Assembly (NCBI GenBank): GCA_964423985.1
Contig: CAYRGE010000001.1
Coordinates: 1 to 36,992 of the forward strand
Source of the DNA: an uncultured Candidatus Saccharibacteria bacterium
GTDB lineage: Bacteria > Patescibacteriota > Minisyncoccia > Phycocordibacterales > CAYRGE01
Direction of reading: 5' to 3'
DNA length: 36,992 bases
The notes beneath the pieces are model-generated. The model searched no databases and was not told the DNA's origin. It worked only from the letters and a program-made list of their open reading frames with translations. Shown piece after piece: positions 34,626 through 36,992 of this stretch. Every line of letters starts with the position of its first letter. Position 1 is the first letter of the stretch. Made by a program: the position numbers and the translations under genes.

Positions 34626-36416
34626 ATGAAAAATATACGAAACTTTTTAATAATGGCACATATAGACCACGGCAAGTCCACTTTGGCTGATCGGATGATA
34701 GAGATAACCAATACTGTGGAAAAGCGAAAAATGAAAGACCAGGTTTTGGATTCAATGGAGCTTGAGCGAGAACGGGGTATTACAATAAAAATGCAACCTG
34801 TTCGTATGTTGTATGAAAAAGAAGGAACACAATATACCCTAAACCTAATTGACACTCCGGGTCATATAGATTTTTCTTATGAAGTTTCTCGCGCATTACA
34901 AGCCGTTGAAGGTGCGTTGCTTTTGGTTGATGCGACACAAGGTGTTCAAGCACAAACACTCACAACTCTTTCTATGGCACAAGAATTAAATCTTGTTATT
35001 ATTCCAGTAATTACAAAAGTTGATTCTCCGCTAGCAAGAGTTGATGATGTGAGGCTTGAGTTATTGCAACTGCTTGGATGTTCTGACGATAGTATTTTTG
35101 AGGTTTCTGGCAGGACTGGACAAGGAGTAGAAGAGTTGTTGGGCGAGATAATCAAAAGCATTCCTTCACCAAATGATACAACCGAAAAAGATTGTATCCG
35201 TGCACTCATTTTTGATTTTGAGTACTCAAACCATCGTGGAGTTATTGTATATATTAGGATTTTTGATGGAAAAATTAAAAAAGGGGATTCTTTGTTTTTC
35301 ACTAAAGCTAAAAGCAATTTTCAAGCAGGGGAGGTAGGTGTGTTTCAGCCAGCACCCAAGGCTGTAGATAGTTTATGTGGTGGGGATGTTGGATATATCG
35401 TTACGGGAATAAAAGAGCCGGGGATTGCTTCTGTTGGGGATACTATTACAGGTTTTAAAAAGCCACAGACTGCTCTTCCAGGATATCACGACCCACAACC
35501 TGTTGTATGGGCAAGTGTATACCCAGAAAGTGCAGATAATTTTATATTATTACGCCAAGCATTGTCGCGAATTAAACTTTCAGATCCATCTATTTCGTTT
35601 GAAGAAGAGGCATCTGGTGTTTTGGGCAGGGGGTTTAGGTGTGGTTTTTTAGGTATGCTACATCTTGAAATTATAATGGAACGACTGCGTAGGGAATTTG
35701 ACATCGGGCTTATAATGACAATTCCGAGTACGATTTATGAGATAATACACACAAATAATAAAAAAGAAGTTATTTATTCACCAGTACTTTTCCCTGACTA
35801 TGGGCAAGTAGGCACTATCAGAGAGCCATGGGTTTCTGCTAAAATAATTACCCCTGGTGAATACATAGGAGGAATTATGCAAATTCTATATGACCACGAA
35901 GCTGATGTTGGAGCATCTAGCCTTTTTGGAGATAATCGCACAGAGATTAGTTTTACAATGCCTATTAGAGAACTTATGCGTAATTTTTTTGATGAAATAA
36001 AGAGTATTTCGTCAGGTTTTGCTTCACTATCGTACGAGATTGCTGGAATGAAAGAAGCAGATGTTGTTAGGCTTGATATATTGGTTGCTGATGAAGTTAT
36101 TCCAGCATTTTCAAAAGTAGTATCACGGCGTAAGGTTGAAAAAGAAGCACAAGAGATGGTTGAGCACTTACATAAACTATTACCAAGGCAGATGTTTGTT
36201 GCTAAAATACAAGGGAAATCCATGGGTCGTATTCTTGCATCACGAACACTAGCTGCATTTAGGAAGGATGTAACTTCAAAGCTGTATGGTGGAGATATTA
36301 CTCGAAAAAGAAAACTTCTTGAGAAGCAAAAGAAGGGCAAGAAAAAAATGAAGGAAAAAGGGAAAATAAATATTCCTCATAGCGTGTTTTTGAAAATTGT
36401 AAAAAAAGATTCTTAA
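34626..36416 (+). CDS. lepA: Elongation factor 4 (LepA)
   Basis: 596 aa with G1 AHIDHGKSTLADR and G3 DTPGHIDF, LepA-specific C-terminal domain length, and a K-rich tail. Confidence 0.95.
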   Translation: MKNIRNFLIMAHIDHGKSTLADRMIEITNTVEKRKMKDQVLDSMELERERGITIKMQPVRMLYEKEGTQYTLNLIDTPGHIDFSYEVSRALQAVEGALLLVDATQGVQAQTLTTLSMAQELNLVIIPVITKVDSPLARVDDVRLELLQLLGCSDDSIFEVSGRTGQGVEELLGEIIKSIPSPNDTTEKDCIRALIFDFEYSNHRGVIVYIRIFDGKIKKGDSLFFTKAKSNFQAGEVGVFQPAPKAVDSLCGGDVGYIVTGIKEPGIASVGDTITGFKKPQTALPGYHDPQPVVWASVYPESADNFILLRQALSRIKLSDPSISFEEEASGVLGRGFRCGFLGMLHLEIIMERLRREFDIGLIMTIPSTIYEIIHTNNKKEVIYSPVLFPDYGQVGTIREPWVSAKIITPGEYIGGIMQILYDHEADVGASSLFGDNRTEISFTMPIRELMRNFFDEIKSISSGFASLSYEIAGMKEADVVRLDILVADEVIPAFSKVVSRRKVEKEAQEMVEHLHKLLPRQMFVAKIQGKSMGRILASRTLAAFRKDVTSKLYGGDITRKRKLLEKQKKGKKKMKEKGKINIPHSVFLKIVKKDS

Positions 36417-36566
36417 AACCCAGAAAAAGAACACCTGTGTGTTTTGAGAGTTTTTCTAGGTTCGTAGTGAAGAATTAATTAAACAAACAAGGTAGTTTTT
36501 TAGACAATATAACACCACAAAACATACTACTTGAAACTCTGTGTTTACACAATATAAGAAAGTTTT

Positions 36567-36677
36567 TTAGAAAAATGCTGGTCCAGAAAAAAGGAACACC
36601 ATACTAATTATAATAAGTATGCTCACTATAATCCAAAAGACTTTAAATGTTTTGCGATGTTTTTTATTAAAAATCAT
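36567..36677 (-). CDS. Possible 36-aa single-TM micro-protein
   Basis: Hand translation gives MIFNKKHRKTFKVFWIIVSILIIISMVFLFSGPAFF*. It has a positive-inside N-terminus and one TM helix. No clear Shine-Dalgarno is present. Confidence 0.3.
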   Translation of the reverse strand: MIFNKKHRKTFKVFWIIVSILIIISMVFLFSGPAFF

Positions 36678-36768
36678 AAAGAAGTAATATTAATTTGTGT
36701 ATTATAAATAGAAAATATATTTGAATGTTATTTTATAAACTTAATCAATATATATAAAATATAACACA

Positions 36769-36992
36769 ATGAGTAGATATAAACAAAAAACAAAAATTAT
36801 TAAATGGAGAAAAATAAAAAGGTCGGTTTATACAAAAATTGTAGCTATAATCCTTTTTATTATTGTGGTGTTTTCCTCTATTGGTGTGTGGGGTATGTAT
36901 AAAAAATCCCAACTTGCAAAAGAAAAGAGAGATGAAGCAAAAGAAGAGTTGCAGCTCCTTGTTAAACGCAAAGAGAGTATTTCAGAAGAAAT
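36769..36992 (+). CDS. Partial CDS: membrane-anchored coiled-coil protein, FtsB/DivIC-like septation factor (runs off the window)
   Basis: ATG at 36769. It reads MSRYKQKTKIIKWRKIKRSVYTKIVAIILFIIVVFSSIGVWGMYKKSQLAKEKRDEAKEELQLLVKRKESISEE... This is a basic N-terminus, one TM helix and a coiled coil, with no stop before the window ends. Confidence 0.5.
   Translation, partial: MSRYKQKTKIIKWRKIKRSVYTKIVAIILFIIVVFSSIGVWGMYKKSQLAKEKRDEAKEELQLLVKRKESISEE

Noticed and set aside
36420-36600. ccagaaaaagaacacc (36420-36436) recurs as ccagaaaaaaggaacacc (36583-36600). This might be a repeat element or a duplicated micro-ORF C-terminus.
   Set aside because: There are only two short A-rich copies, and the translated minus-strand frames (..GVLFLGF vs ..MVFLFSGPAFF) are only weakly similar. 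This is within chance for AT-rich sequence.

Overview
AT-rich, gene-dense bacterial chromosomal segment, about 90% coding. It reads cleanly with the standard code: ORFs up to 1087 aa contain no in-frame TGA. Most of the window is housekeeping: thrS, dnaE, rnhB, topA, dprA, serS, an ftsQ-like gene, dus, dnaX, RNase J, secG, murJ and lepA. There are also several transporters and envelope proteins, many small membrane ORFs and two decayed gene fragments. A short dnaX, a thrS without the TGS domain, an orphan family-5 solute-binding protein, an O-antigen-ligase/TPR fusion and visible gene decay together suggest a reduced-genome Patescibacteria/CPR-like organism. That assignment is inference only. 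I see no rRNA, tRNA, CRISPR array, integrase or transposase.

The best candidate for an undescribed system is a compact co-directional four-gene cassette wedged between dprA and serS (about 9.9-14.4 kb). It encodes an XRE-type HTH protein, a 54-aa Lys/Glu-rich ORF below the ORF-track cutoff, a MoxR/CoxD-like AAA+ ATPase with unassigned N- and C-terminal extensions, and a CoxE-type VWA protein. The VWA protein has an altered MIDAS motif and a long disordered linker with 3 x 20-aa Gly/Lys repeats. No client enzyme is nearby, and a truncated hydrolase pseudogene sits on the right edge.

The second-best candidate is an operon at 16.7-20.5 kb. It encodes a small polytopic membrane protein, a membrane-anchored Clp/Hsp100-like ATPase whose D1 module has lost every catalytic motif, and a BASS-family transporter joined by a TAATG overlap.

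A GC-richer dispersed and inverted intergenic repeat family occurs at three loci. Several perfect hairpins and one textbook consensus promoter are also visible.
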